A stretch of DNA of 64,000 bases from Felis catus. Its lineage: Eukaryota. The stretch spans positions 29,018,001 through 29,082,000 of the forward strand of contig NC_058368.1 of NCBI RefSeq assembly GCF_018350175.1. The letters are read 5' to 3'. The translations under genes and the position numbers were made by a program. The notes below the pieces were generated by a model, which made no database searches, was not told the DNA's origin, and saw only the letters and a program-made list of their open reading frames with translations. Of the stretch, positions 38,823 to 50,771 are shown one piece after another; positions within the stretch are counted from its first letter, which is position 1; the number at the start of each line of letters is the position of its first letter.

Positions 38823-38885
<63 letters not shown>

Positions 38886-39058
38886 CTTTCTTTCTTTCTT
38901 CTCTTTCCTTCTTTCTTTCTTTCCTTCTTTCTTCCTTTCTCTTTCTTTCTTTCTTTCTTTCTTTCCTTCTTTCTTCCTTTCTTCTTTCTTTCTTTCTCTT
39001 TCTTTCTTTCTTTCTTTCCTTCTTTCTTCCTTTCTTCTTTCTTTCTTTCTTTTCTTTC

Positions 39059-39093
<35 letters not shown>

Positions 39094-39206
39094 CTTCCTT
39101 CCTTCCTTCCTTTCTTCCCTCCCTCCTTTCTCTCTCTTTTCCTTCCTTCCTTCCTTCCTTCCTTCCTTCCTTCCTTCCTTCCTTCTCTCTCTCCCTCCCT
39201 CCTTTC

Positions 39207-39245
<39 letters not shown>

Positions 39246-39375
39246 ATCTTTCTTTCTCTTCCTTTCTTCCTTTCTTCCCTCCCTCCTTTCTCTCTTTCTT
39301 TCTTTTCCTTCCTTCTTTCCTTCTCTCCCTCCCTCCCTCCTTTTTCTTTCTTTCTTTCCTTCTTTCTTCCTTTCT

Positions 39376-39427
<52 letters not shown>

Positions 39428-39688
39428 TTCTTTCTCTTTCTTTCTTTCTTTCTTTCTTTCTCTTCCTTCCTTCCTTCCTTTCTTCCCTCCCTCCTTTCTC
39501 TCTCTTTTCCTTCCTTCCTTCCTTCCTTCCTTCCTTCCTTCCTTCTCTCTCTCCCTCCCTCCTTTCTCTTTCTTTCTTTCTTTCTTTCTTTCTATCTTTC
39601 TTTCTCTTCCTTTCTTCCTTTCTTCCCTCCCTCCTTTCTCTCTTTCTTTCTTTTCCTTCCTTCTTTCCTTCTCTCCCTCCCTCCCTCC

Positions 39689-39728
<40 letters not shown>

Positions 39729-39730
39729 TC
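38820..39730 (+). repeat. ~0.9 kb compound (TTTC)n/(TTCC)n polypyrimidine tract
   Basis: Only two purines seen (A39246, A39594). Confidence 0.97.
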
Positions 39731-41848
39731 ATCAAACTATATGTATTGACAATCAGGCTCTGGAATCAGAGAGGAGGATGGGACAGAAACAGAGCAAGGA
39801 GCTCCTGGGGAAGACAGAAAGTAAACAAATCATTACAAACGGAATGAGTAGGCAGTAGCAACAGCAGTAATAACCCCCAATTATTAAGAACTCATGGTGT
39901 GTTGGCCTCACTTATGCTCCCGGCTCCAGTGCCAGAGGACTCAAACCATCCCAGCTGTACAGAAAGGGCTAGGCCACACAGTTGGTAAGTGGCAGAGGTG
40001 AGGTGACAGCCTCAGAAATGCCCAAAGGCTCTTCCCCCAAAGACAGCCCTCAGCTTTCAGAAGCCGGGCCTGTCAGCTGTGAATAATACTCCAAAGCTTC
40101 AAAGCAGAAATGCACCAGATGCAGAAGCCTGTAGGGCAACCCGGGAGCCCCTCTGGGAGTCAGGTTGTTTGCGTAGCTCTGGCCTGTTCTGCAGGAGCAA
40201 AGCCCAGTCCTCTGAGTTTAAGCTTACTGGGAAGGACCGGTCCTAACAAGGTGCTTCAAGAAGTGACTAGGTGGGACTGCCAGCATGCGCACGGCCAATG
40301 CCCAGGTCTTGGCCTGAGAGGACAGGGGTACAGAGCTCGTGCAGTGTGGCTCATGGAGCTGAGGGGAAGGCCGAAGTTCCTGGGGGCATTACACAGGCAG
40401 GGAGGCTGGAGACTGGGAGATGAGCGGCGATGGGTAGCACAGGGCAGAGTGAGAGTTGAACAGAAGTCCCATTTGAACCCAGAGGAGAAAGTCTCCCTTT
40501 GGTTTTGTTGCTGAGATTAAGAGAGAGTGACCCAGCATCTCCAGAAAGCAACCATCCAGGGACAGAACCAAAAGTCAAAGTCCAGCACGTCAACCAAGGT
40601 CAATAGCTATGAAAACCCCAAGTCTGCAGGGACCAGAGAAGGTATGAGGGTGCCACCACGGTCGCTGGTCCCCAGACCCTTGCCACACCTGGGAAGAGCC
40701 AAGGGGGGCCGCCTGAACCCGTGGCTGCTTGTGCAGTCCCCGCTCTGAGATAAGATCAGGTTCAGAGAGGGCCCTCGGCCCTCTGTCCGTCACTGACTTT
40801 GGTGAAAACTCTCTCCCATTTCTCATAATCTCCTGCTTTGCCTGGCAAATCAAACCAAACCACAAACCATGGCTTTCTCGCACATGAAGCCCCATGTGAG
40901 TCATCTCCACCACCACTTTTGAATCCAAGCGCTGGGAGGATGACCCCTTGCTCAATAGGGAGAAAATCCAGTGGAAAACCACCCCAGAACCTGGGCTCCT
41001 GTTGAGCCACCGCTCTGGGAAAGTCATGTGGCGAGGTAGGCAAGGGCAAGTCAGCCGTGTGCCTGGGGTGTTAAGTGTGTGTGGGCCCCCTACAGCACCA
41101 GCAGGCCCGGAGGAGAGCAGTGGAGATGTGGCCAAAGAGGCTGCAGAGATCCGGAGGCTGTGCCAAAGGGCGCAGTTTATTCTAGATGCAACGAGAAGCC
41201 GTCACAGGGTTTGAAGCAGGGGAGACACATGATCTGATTATAATTTTTTTTAAACATCACACTGGCTAGTGTGTGCACAGGAACGGGAGGGGGCATCAGG
41301 GCAGTGGTGGAGTAGGGAGAGATATTGTAGCAGTTCAGGGGAGAGATGAGGGTGGCAGGGATGTGAGCCATGGGGTAGAAACAGAGATGGGGGGGCGGTG
41401 GCGGGGGGCAGTGGTGGCTCAAGATGTATTTTGAAGGTCGACCCAACAGAACTTGCATATCAATTAGGTGTAGAGGCTGAGAGAAAGGCAAGAATTGAAT
41501 CAGTTTCTGGCTTGAGTAGCTGGGGGGCTGATGGTGACATTTCCTAGGACAGGAAGACTAAGATGAAGTTGGGGGGGGGGGGTTCATTTGTTTGTAGTGA
41601 GAAACTGAGAGTTCCATTGTGGACATGTTGAGTTTGAACTGTGTGACAGCTAAGTGAGTGCATCAATGAATTACAAACCATTAAAAAACTCATGTGTCCA
41701 TACCAGTAATAAGTTGATAAGGAAAGAGGGAGGGAAGGAAGGGAGGGATGGATGGGGGAGAAAGATGGCTCTTACTCATAGCAGAATGTCAGGGGTTGAC
41801 ATGACAACATGTAGGTGGTGCCTGGAATTAGAAAAGCATCATTTTCTT

Positions 41849-42069
41849 GGGGCTCCTGGACGGCTCAGTCGGTTAAGCATCCAACTCTTTATTTCAGCTC
41901 AGGTCATGATCTCAGTTTGTGGGTCTGAGCCCCGTGTCAGGCCCTGCACTTGCAGCATGGAGTCTGCTTGTGATATTCTCTCTCCCTCTCTCTCTGCCCC
42001 TCCCCTGCTTGTGCTCTCTCTCTCTCTCTCTCTCAAAATAAATAAACTTTAAAAAAAATTATAAATATA
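41849..42069 (+). mobile_element. Can-SINE (outer element)
   Basis: TSD AAAAGCATCATTTTC at 41832-41846 and 42307-42321. Confidence 0.92.
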
Positions 42070-42286
42070 GGGACACCTGGGTGGCTCAGTTGGTTAAGCG
42101 TCCGACTCTTGGTTTCGGCTCAGGTCGTGATCTCACGGTTTCAGGGGTTCAAGCCCTGCGTCGGGCTCTGCACTGGCAGTGTGGAGCCTGCTTGGGATTC
42201 ACTCTCTCTCCCTCTCTTTCTACCCCTCCCCCACTCATGCTGTCTCTGTCTCAAAATAAATAAATAAACTTAAAGAAAAATTTTTT
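42070..42286 (+). mobile_element. Can-SINE nested in the tail of the previous one
   Basis: TSD AAAAATTATAAATATA at 42054-42069 and 42287-42302. Confidence 0.93.
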
Positions 42287-45200
42287 AAAAATTATAAATA
42301 TAAACTAAAAGCATCATTTTCCAATCATCCCAGCACAGGATGAATCAGGCAAGAATCATCAGTGGATATTAAATCTAGAGGCAAATTTTGATGGAGAACA
42401 GGATATTTGCATGGTTTTAAAATGTCTCCCCATAGACCATGTGTTAGTTACAAGGGAAAGAAAACAAAACAAAACAGTAATTGCACAGTGGAGCAATCAG
42501 ACAGCACCTTGACAAGATGGTCAAAATTAACATCACCAGCAAGGGGTACCGTGTGCTCCCAGATGTGATACTCTGAGAAAAACACAGCCTAACCGAGGCA
42601 GTATTCCAGCAGAGTATAAATAACCTGACGCTAATCCTGAGAAGACATCAGGCAAACCCAAAGTGAGGAATGTTCTATTTAAAAAAAAAAAATAGGAAGG
42701 GGACTGTTTTCTTCAAAAATGTCAATGTCATAAAAGACAAAGGCTGTGGAAATGTTCCAGATAAAAGGAGGCCAAAGGGGCATGACAATCCAGTGCCAAG
42801 TCCGCCCCTAGACCAGATCCTTTACTGAAGGTGAAAAAAATGCCATAGGAAATATTTTTGGGCTAAATGACAAAACTGAAATAGGAATGATAGGTAGATG
42901 AGATCAAGGTACTACAGCAATGTTACATTTACTAAGTTTGAAAACTGAATTTGGGTAAAGGGAATACAGGTGTTTTGTGTGCTATTTTTTATTTTTGCAA
43001 CCCTTCTGAAAGTTTGAAATTATCTCCAACTAAAAAGATTTTTTTTTATTGCAATTGAGTATACAAGTCTGGTGTTCCAAGGAGAGAACTGAACTGTAGA
43101 CACAAATGCAGGAGCCATCAGGATGTAGATGGTGTTTAAAGTCCTAAGAACAGCTGAGCTAATGGAGGAGATATCAAAGATAGAAAGAAGGGCCAGGACC
43201 GTGTCTGGGGAACACCGATGCTCAGAGATCAGGCAGAGAAAACCGAACCAGCCAAGACGTCAGAGGAGGAGGTGGGTGGAGGGAGACCAGTGGAGTGAGG
43301 TGTCATGGAAACCAAGAGAAAACAGTGTTTCAAGGAGTGACTAACTGTGGCACATGTTGCTAAGAGGTTGACCAAGATGGAGGCAGAGATATGACCACAG
43401 ATTTTAGCAAGATGGAGATCACAGGAGACCTTAACAAGAACAGTGTCAGTGAGCTCAGAGTGAAAGAAGCCAGATTATAGTGGTTCCCAGGCGAAGAAGT
43501 ATGACAGCATCAGAAGCCCCTGCAGTCATTTCCTATCCCTTCACGACTTAAAGGGAACAACCGTCATCTGTGTTTGGTCCCTAAGGACCGGCACCTTTTT
43601 CTGTGCCTGTGCCCCCCCCCCCACCTTGTGAGGCAGAGCCCACACGTCATTATAAAAACCAAAAGGGCCAGACACTGGCTTCTCCAGCTCCCTGATAGGT
43701 AGGCAAGGTAAGTGGTCTGGGCTCTGTCACCTACGAGGAGCAGCTGGAAGAGCTCAGAATGTATTCTGGCAATGGGCGATGACGGTCATAGGAGCAGGGC
43801 CTCCAGTTTCTAGAGGCCGCAGGGGCTCTGTGTCCAGCCAGCACCCAGTGCCCAGTGTTGGGGTGTTGGCTGTGGGCCCTTCAGCAGAGCAAATGTCTCT
43901 TCATATGCAGGTCTTACGACAGGAGTTGCGGTGCTATCCCTGGTGTGCAGCTTCCAAACCAGGTGCTCAATGTCTTGCTCATGAATTCTCTCCCCACTTA
44001 ATCAGCCAGGGTTAGTTGCTTTTGCTTGCAACTATGAACCCCGACTGAAGGAGGCTCTTGCATTTTCTTGCCTAGAGGGGGAATTCTTCTATACCATCTT
44101 CCCCAAAGTCTGCCTCTCAGGGGTGTATCAAGTATCCAGTGTCCTTAGCCAGTGGACAGTGTAGACAGAATGGCCTCCCAGTGGTTGCACTCTTGAGGAT
44201 CTCCCTCCACCCTAATACCTGACACCCTATCTCCCATTTTCAGATCTCAAGACAGTAGCCAGCTTTCTGCCATCACTGAAGCAAAATGTCCCAATGTGGA
44301 TGTGTGTGCCTGCTCCCCATTTTATCTTGGCTTTCTAGAAAACAAGCTCTAACCACCACCACCACCCCCTCTCCAGAGACTCCTTGGAGCCTGTGGTTTT
44401 CTAGCTATTTTGCCATTGAGTATGGGAAAGGAGATAAGGGAAGAGCACAAAGTTGAAATGCTTCCAGAAGCATCTAGTAGGTTTCTCTCTTATTAACACT
44501 GGTTTGTTGTTCCCTGCCTGAAATCAGACCATGTCTGTCATCACCCTGGGCTGGGGCAGGATGAATCAGACCCTGTACATCTAGGGAATCCTCAGGGATC
44601 TCCCCAGCCACCCTTGGCACAGAACCCAAAACAACTGAATGAACCAGGGTGAATTTCCAACCATGACACTGACAAGAGCCAAAACCATTCATGAGAGCCA
44701 CCTCCTCAGTCCACTGAGTGTCCACATTGTAGGACTTTTCATTCACTTATAACTGTGTCTAGAAGCCTGACGCCTTCCCAGAAGCCTCCCCACCCCAGTT
44801 ACATGTGTGGTCTCTGAGGGAGATTCACACTGACTGTGGGGCTTGGAGACAGTCAGCACTAGACAGCAAGACACGCTGTGCTGGTCCTGCTCCCCTGAGT
44901 ACAAGATTGCCAGGTCAACATTCTCTTCCAAAGGGCTCTTTTGCCACATACCTTAACCGATTGATGTACCACAACTTGCTTTGGGTGGAAAAGGCAGAGA
45001 TTTCATAATCCAGCTGGGAAAAATGAGACCTGAGAAGGCAAGAAGGACTTTCAGTGTGACAGAACCATGCCAACTGAGGGCTGCAGGTGCCAGCCCTGGT
45101 GATCCATCCACATCAGCTGTTGATGGCATCATCTGCCGGGCTTACCTTTTGGTAGGTAAAGGTTCCCATATGCTCCCTTCTATTCTTCCTCTTTCATCTA

Positions 45201-46419
45201 GTAAATACAGCATTTGGGGGGAAGTGCATAGTTCTCTGGAGATTCACCAAGGCAAAGGTATGAGCACTAGAATCTAGACCAACGAAAGGATGTTGTTGCT
45301 TTGCCCTCAAGAAGTGGCTTATTCTCCAAACAAAATTTGTTCATTATCTCCTGGGTTGTTGATCTGCTTCTCTTAGTGGGACTGGTCTACACCAAAGCTG
45401 GTGCATCTTCCCACCCATGGAGCTGCCTTAAAGGAGGCTAGACAGAGGGTAGGCATTGGAGACATGGAATCACCCAAGACACCAGAAAAATGCCACCTGT
45501 GTCAGGCTGCGAGAGATGGTCACCCGAGGCTAACTTTGCCCATCTTCCTCCACATCCTTTTGCAAGGTTGGGCTAAGGGTAAGAAGTCCTCAAATGCTCT
45601 GGCCTCATTGTTTCTGGCTCCAAAAAATCTCTCTTCTGTGTCCCTTTCCCAACCACAAGCCATGGCATTTGGAAGCTGTAAATCTTTGAGACTGTTCCCA
45701 ACCTGTCATTTTATAGTCAAGGTGACCTTTGCTCCAGACGTGCTGCAAAGGCTGAAGGCAGAAGACATGTTCCAGGCTGCAATGTGGAGAATACATTCGG
45801 GATTTATGCATGGTACTCCTTGGCCCGGCCAGAAGCCCAGCATGTGGCAAAAAGGAGGAAAATGGCTGGAAATCTCCCCAAAGCTGACTGTGCATTTCTT
45901 CTGAATTTTCCCACCACAAACCTAGCCAAGTGTCCAGAATGGATGAGAAACAGATCAGTGGCCTATTGGTGTTAGAGTCCAACTCTGATGCTCATATTCC
46001 CTGAGAGATGCCCAGGCACCCTGATCTCAGACTTTCTGGGGCTCTGACGTCAAAGAGTGTCCTCAAAAGCAGTGAGTTTCTAAGGAAAATCTGAACCTCA
46101 TTTAAGCCATCTGGTAGGCCTCTGACAACATCTTTTTTAGCTTGACAACACACGAGGCCTCTATTTCTCTCCACTTTGAAGTAACTGAAGTTCACTCTGT
46201 ATCCACAATTCCTGTCTCTTTCTGACTCAGGCTCTCATCTCCCACCAGGAGCAGATACTAGACTCAAGCAGAGTCTCCCTAGTCGGCATTGGGAAATACC
46301 AGGTGAACAGGGTTGGACTGGCGGTCTGTGCAAGTCATGCCCTGGAGGGAGCAACACAGGAATGACCATCATCTGTGGAGCTGCGAGGGGATGTGTGGAT
46401 CACCTTTGATGAGAGAGAG

Positions 46420-46903
46420 TGTTAGGCTGAAAAACATCTTCCCAAAGATGTCTATGCCCCAATTGGCAGAACCTGAGAGGATGTCACCTTGCATGGCAAA
46501 GGAGCTCAGTAGATGGGATTAAATTAAGGATCTGGAGATGGGGAGACTATCCTGGATTATCTGTGGGCCCAACTCAATCACAAAGGTCCTTACAAGAGGG
46601 AGGCGGGAGGTCAGAGTGAGCAACAGGAGATGTGATAAGGGAAACAGAGATCTTGAGTGATGGGAGGAAGGTGTCACGAGTAAAGGAATGTTGAAAAGAG
46701 CAAAGAACAGTGTTCTCCAGAAGCCTGCAGAAGGAATACGACATGGCAACACCTTGATTTTAAACTTCTGACCCCCAGGGGCCCCAGGGGCTTCTGTCAG
46801 TTAAGTGTCCAATTCTTGATTTCAGCTCAAGTCATGATCTTGTGGTTTGTGGGTTTCAAGTCCTGCATTGGGCTCTGCACTGACAGTGCAGAGCCTGCTT
46901 GGG

Positions 46904-46943
<40 letters not shown>

Positions 46944-47068
46944 ATAAATAAATAAATAAACTTTAAAAAAAACTTCTGACCTCCAGAAAGGTAAGAAAAT
47001 ACATCTGTTTTGTTTTAAGTCACTATGTTTTTGGGAAATTATTGTAGCAGCAATAGGAAATGAATACA
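46420..47068 (+). mobile_element. MaLR LTR (MLT1C/D-like) split by a Can-SINE at 46778-46969
   Basis: tgttaggctgaa...aggatctggagatggggagactatcctggattatc...gtagcagcaataggaaatgaataca. Near-TSD gagag/gagac; SINE TSD aaacttctgacc. Confidence 0.85.
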
Positions 47069-47149
47069 GAGACCTAGGGTGGGGATTCATAGGACAAGGA
47101 GGGAGAGCTGGGAGTGGCCCCAGCAGGTCATAGATCTTCTGGCTCTGGG

Positions 47150-47700
47150 TGATTCAGTGCCAGAGAGTAATAGAAAAACCCAATTCACCTGGCTTACACA
47201 CAAGGGAAAGTCCAAAGGCAGGTGGCTGCAACCAAGCTGGGTTGGTTTGGCCACTCAGTGATGTTACAGAGGATGTTGATTCTTCCGATCAGTCTGTTCT
47301 TTTTTTTTTTTTTAAGTTAGCTCTATATGCAACATGGGGCTAGAACTCAAGACCCTGAGATCAAGAGTTGCATGCTATACTGACTGAGCCAGCCATGCGC
47401 CCCACCCATCAGTCCATTCTTGTAGGCTCACTGTTCTCAGTCACAAGATGGCTGCCAAAGTTCCAGATATTGCATCCAAGGCACTCCATTGCCAAGATTC
47501 AGAACAGAAAGCCATTTCACCTTTGAGTCTCTTTGAGAGTGAGGAAAACTTTTCCAGAACACCCACACCCATCTCTAGAGGACTACTCCTCACATCTACA
47601 TTGTTGGCCAGAATTGTACCACATGCCCATGCTTAAACCAATCCCTGGCAAACAGTATGGGAACATAATATGGCTCCCAGAAACCAGCCTCCCTGAAGCA
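47150..47700 (-). mobile_element. Old MaLR LTR (MLT1J/K-like) with a short Can-SINE at 47300-47403
   Basis: cacaagatggctgcc...ccagatattgcatcc; ttggccagaattgtaccacatgcccatgcttaaaccaatc. Confidence 0.65.
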
Positions 47701-47722
47701 TTTGCCTTTTAGACTTTCTAAA

Positions 47723-47919
47723 GTTTTATTTATTTATTTTGAGAGAGAGAGAGCATGAGCAGGGGAGAGGCAGGGAGAGGGAGAGAGAGAATCCCAAGCA
47801 GGTGCCACACTGCTTGGGACAGAGCCCGACACAGGGCTTGAAGTCACAAACCATGAGACTGTGACCTGAACCTAAATCAAGAGTTGGTTGCTTAACCAAC
47901 TGAGCCATCCAGGTGCCCC
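47723..47919 (-). mobile_element. Can-SINE
   Basis: TSD TGCCTTTTAGACTTT at 47703-47717 and 47920-47934. Confidence 0.93.
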
Positions 47920-48693
47920 TGCCTTTTAGACTTTTAGCCAGGGAGCAGAGACCTGAAGTAAGTCGGAGTTGAGTTAGCAAGGAGGAAGGGTGTAAATCCA
48001 TGTTGGGCAGGCATCCAGAAGTGTCTGTTCCACTTCTGTATGGGGCAGGCTTCACAGAACTCCAGAAGTGTCTCTCCCTGTTATTCCACACAGCTCTGGA
48101 GCTTACACAGCCTGTTCTATGTTCACCTGGCTTTCATCCTTCATCTGTGCGTGGAATGGGGTGGTTAGCTTGTTTCAGTCACCTTGGAGCCCACACTCTG
48201 AGTGACAACCCCACCATACCACCTTGGTGCCTGAGCTCTCCCTCACCTGGCCAGTTGCCTTGAATTACAGCGTGGAGCCTGAGTGAACCATCTGGCTCTC
48301 AGGTAACAGGGCCAGTGTTCTGCTGTCTCACAGGCACACTCCACCTGCAGCCACGACTGAGATGGGAATAGTTGGGGCTACTGTCCTCCAGAAGTGGCTC
48401 CTCAAGCTTCATGGGTTTCTCTGTCTTGTTACTCCCCAGAGGCAGACAGCTGCCCTCTCAGCCTGCCCGGCTTCAGCTTCCTCTGCCTGCTCATCATGGG
48501 TGAGCAGGTTCCCCAGGTCCCTCTCCATCTGGCCACATTGTGGACTTCTCTTCCTGCAGTCACTGCTCACCTCACAAAAGGCATCATGGGAACTTGTCCC
48601 CAATACAGAGGACTCCTGCACTCACTTCACTGTCCCCTTCACCTACTTTAGTCTCCCTGTCCCATCCACGAGACGGGAGAACCAGGAGGGACG

Positions 48694-48696
<3 letters not shown>

Positions 48697-48738
<42 letters not shown>
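48697..48738 (+). repeat. (AC)~21 microsatellite, followed by an old L1 3' fragment (~48770-49045)
   Basis: Repeat seen directly; L1M motifs ggatTGGgtcctggaacagaaa and ctatctttgcaactttcc. Confidence 0.85.
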
Positions 48739-48740
<2 letters not shown>

Positions 48741-50371
48741 AAATGTGGGGTGGGAGAGATAAGGAACGAAGAAGGAAAATGACCTAAATGTCGTGATGTC
48801 ATGTGGTGTTACAGATTGGGTCCTGGAACAGAAAGAAGACGGAGTAGAAGAACTGGTGCAATGGGAATGAAGTCTATAGACAGTCAAGTGTACCCTTGCG
48901 ATGTTCACCTCTTAGCTTTGACAAAGGTACTGTGGTGTATGTGTAAGACATTAACATTACGGGAAGCTGGCTGAAGGGCATATGGGAACTGTCTATACTA
49001 TCTTTGCAACTTTCCTATAAATCTGCAGTTATTCAGAATTAAGAGGTCTTTTTTTTTTTTTTTTTTAAGGGAAAGAAAATAGTGTCAGGCCCACCCCATG
49101 CTCTTACAGTGTTTCCCACGGCCGGGCTGCTGCCATAGCCTCTGTCCCAGACCCAACCCTAAGACCGACGCTCTCCAGAGGAAGCAGGAAGGTGGAGAAT
49201 TTTAAACCGAAAAGGCTCTGGCATGGATAGTTCCTGGGGTTGTTAGTAAGTACTCAGGGAAAGGGGGGAAGTGAATACGAGAACCAGTGAAGCTAAAAAG
49301 GCTTCTGAACTGCAGGACTCTGAAAGCCATTAATAGGATCGAGGTTTTAGAACTTTGCAAGAAGGGGCCATATCATGTGGTGTTTCCCTCCAAATTTATT
49401 TAACAAGACACCTTCCTGACCCTGAGGCCCAGTTCTGACCTTCCAGGCCCAGGCCTCACTGGTGCCTCGGCTGGAGAACCCAACCTGCACCCTGCTGCAG
49501 GAGCAGCCTGCCCGGAGCCCAGGCCCGCCATCGCTGTAACCACCTCACCTCAACGGGAAGCCCAGTCAGGTGCAGAAGAACATAGTCATCCTTTTGCGGA
49601 TGACGAAACTGAGGCCGGGAGAAATGACATAATTCTTCCACGCTCACCGCGGTCAGCCGATGAGGCTGTGCCTTCCCTACCTGTGCTCTCCTCTGAAACC
49701 TGCTCCTAGAGAAAGCCCTCGTACCTGTCACCTGACTCACCCCTGTCACCTGACTCACCACCACAATCCTGCTATCTCCACACCAGCAGGACTCACTGGA
49801 ACTTCGTGGTTTTTGCCCACTGCCAGCTGCTCCCTGCCTTGTCCTTCCTGTTCCCACACCTGAGGCCAGATTTGCTGACCCAAGAGTCTGAGCTCCACCA
49901 ACTGGCCCCTCTCCCCACCGCTGCTACAGTTAACCTGCCCTTCCCTCAACCAGGTGATGACCAGAGACAGGATTGGGGACAGAAGGGAGCGGGGAGGCAC
50001 AGAAAGCAAGGATCTTCACTGCCGGGTGCCTGTGCTGGACCCCGAGGGACAGTGAAGGGATGGTGAGAACCCAGTGTGGGGCCTGGTGTCCCAGACCACA
50101 GGGCACCGACCTTCCCTACCTGCCACTCTCCTTTAAGCGACCCAGATGTTAACTAGGAGATATGACGGGACCCTCTCCTGCAGATTTTAAAGCTCAGAGG
50201 GCTGGTGGGTGCGGGCCTTGTGTGACACTCCACTACCTGCGAGCCAGTGACATTGTCCCCACAGAACTCTTGAAATGCTTCTATGCTCCGTATGTTTATT
50301 TTGCAGAGGGAGGTCCCATGCAAAGGCACTGACCTTTCTCTGGGATTTACTTTGAGTTGCATTAAAATTGA

Positions 50372-50555
50372 GGGGCACCTGGGTGGCTCAGCCAGTTAAG
50401 CATCTGACTCAATTTCAGTTCAGGTCATGATCTCACGGTTGTGAGTTCGAGCCCATGTTGGGCTCTGTGCTGACAGCGCGGAGCCTGCTTGGGATTCCCT
50501 CTCTTCCTCTGTCCTTCTCCCACTTTCTGTCTCAAAAATAAATAAATAAACCATT
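50372..50555 (+). mobile_element. Can-SINE (left arm of inverted pair)
   Basis: ggggcacctgggtggctcag head through aataaataaaccatt. Confidence 0.93.
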
Positions 50556-50771
50556 AAAAAAATTTTTTTAATGGTATATTTATTGTTGAGAGAGCGAGAG
50601 ACCGAGTATGAGCTGGGAAGGGGCAGAGAGAGGGAGACAGAATCCACAAAGCAGGCTCCAGGCTCTGAGCTGTCAGCACAGAGCCTGATGCGGGGCTTGA
50701 ACCCGTGAACCACGAGATCATGACCTGAGCTGAAGTCGGACGCCCAACTGACTGAGCCACCCAGGTGCCCC
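50556..50771 (-). mobile_element. Can-SINE inserted antisense into the tail of the previous one
   Basis: Ends ctgagccacccaggtgcccc; flanked by aataaataaac(c)att at 50541-50555 and 50772-50785. Confidence 0.93.

Larger units (their letters stand above)
41000..43510 (-). mobile_element. Fragmented L2 interrupted by an L1MC-like 3' piece (~41790-43050, + strand) that carries two SINEs
   Basis: L2 motifs (ggtttgaagcagggg...catgatctgatt; tggacatgttgagtttga; ggaaaccaagagaaaacagtgtttcaagga) flank L1MC-like text (caaaattaacatcaccagcaagggg; ttcttcaaaaatgtcaatgtcat). Confidence 0.65.

Noticed and set aside
38812..39858. 348-aa F/L/S/P-rich 'membrane protein' ORF
   Set aside because: Translation of the (TTTC)/(TTCC) tract.
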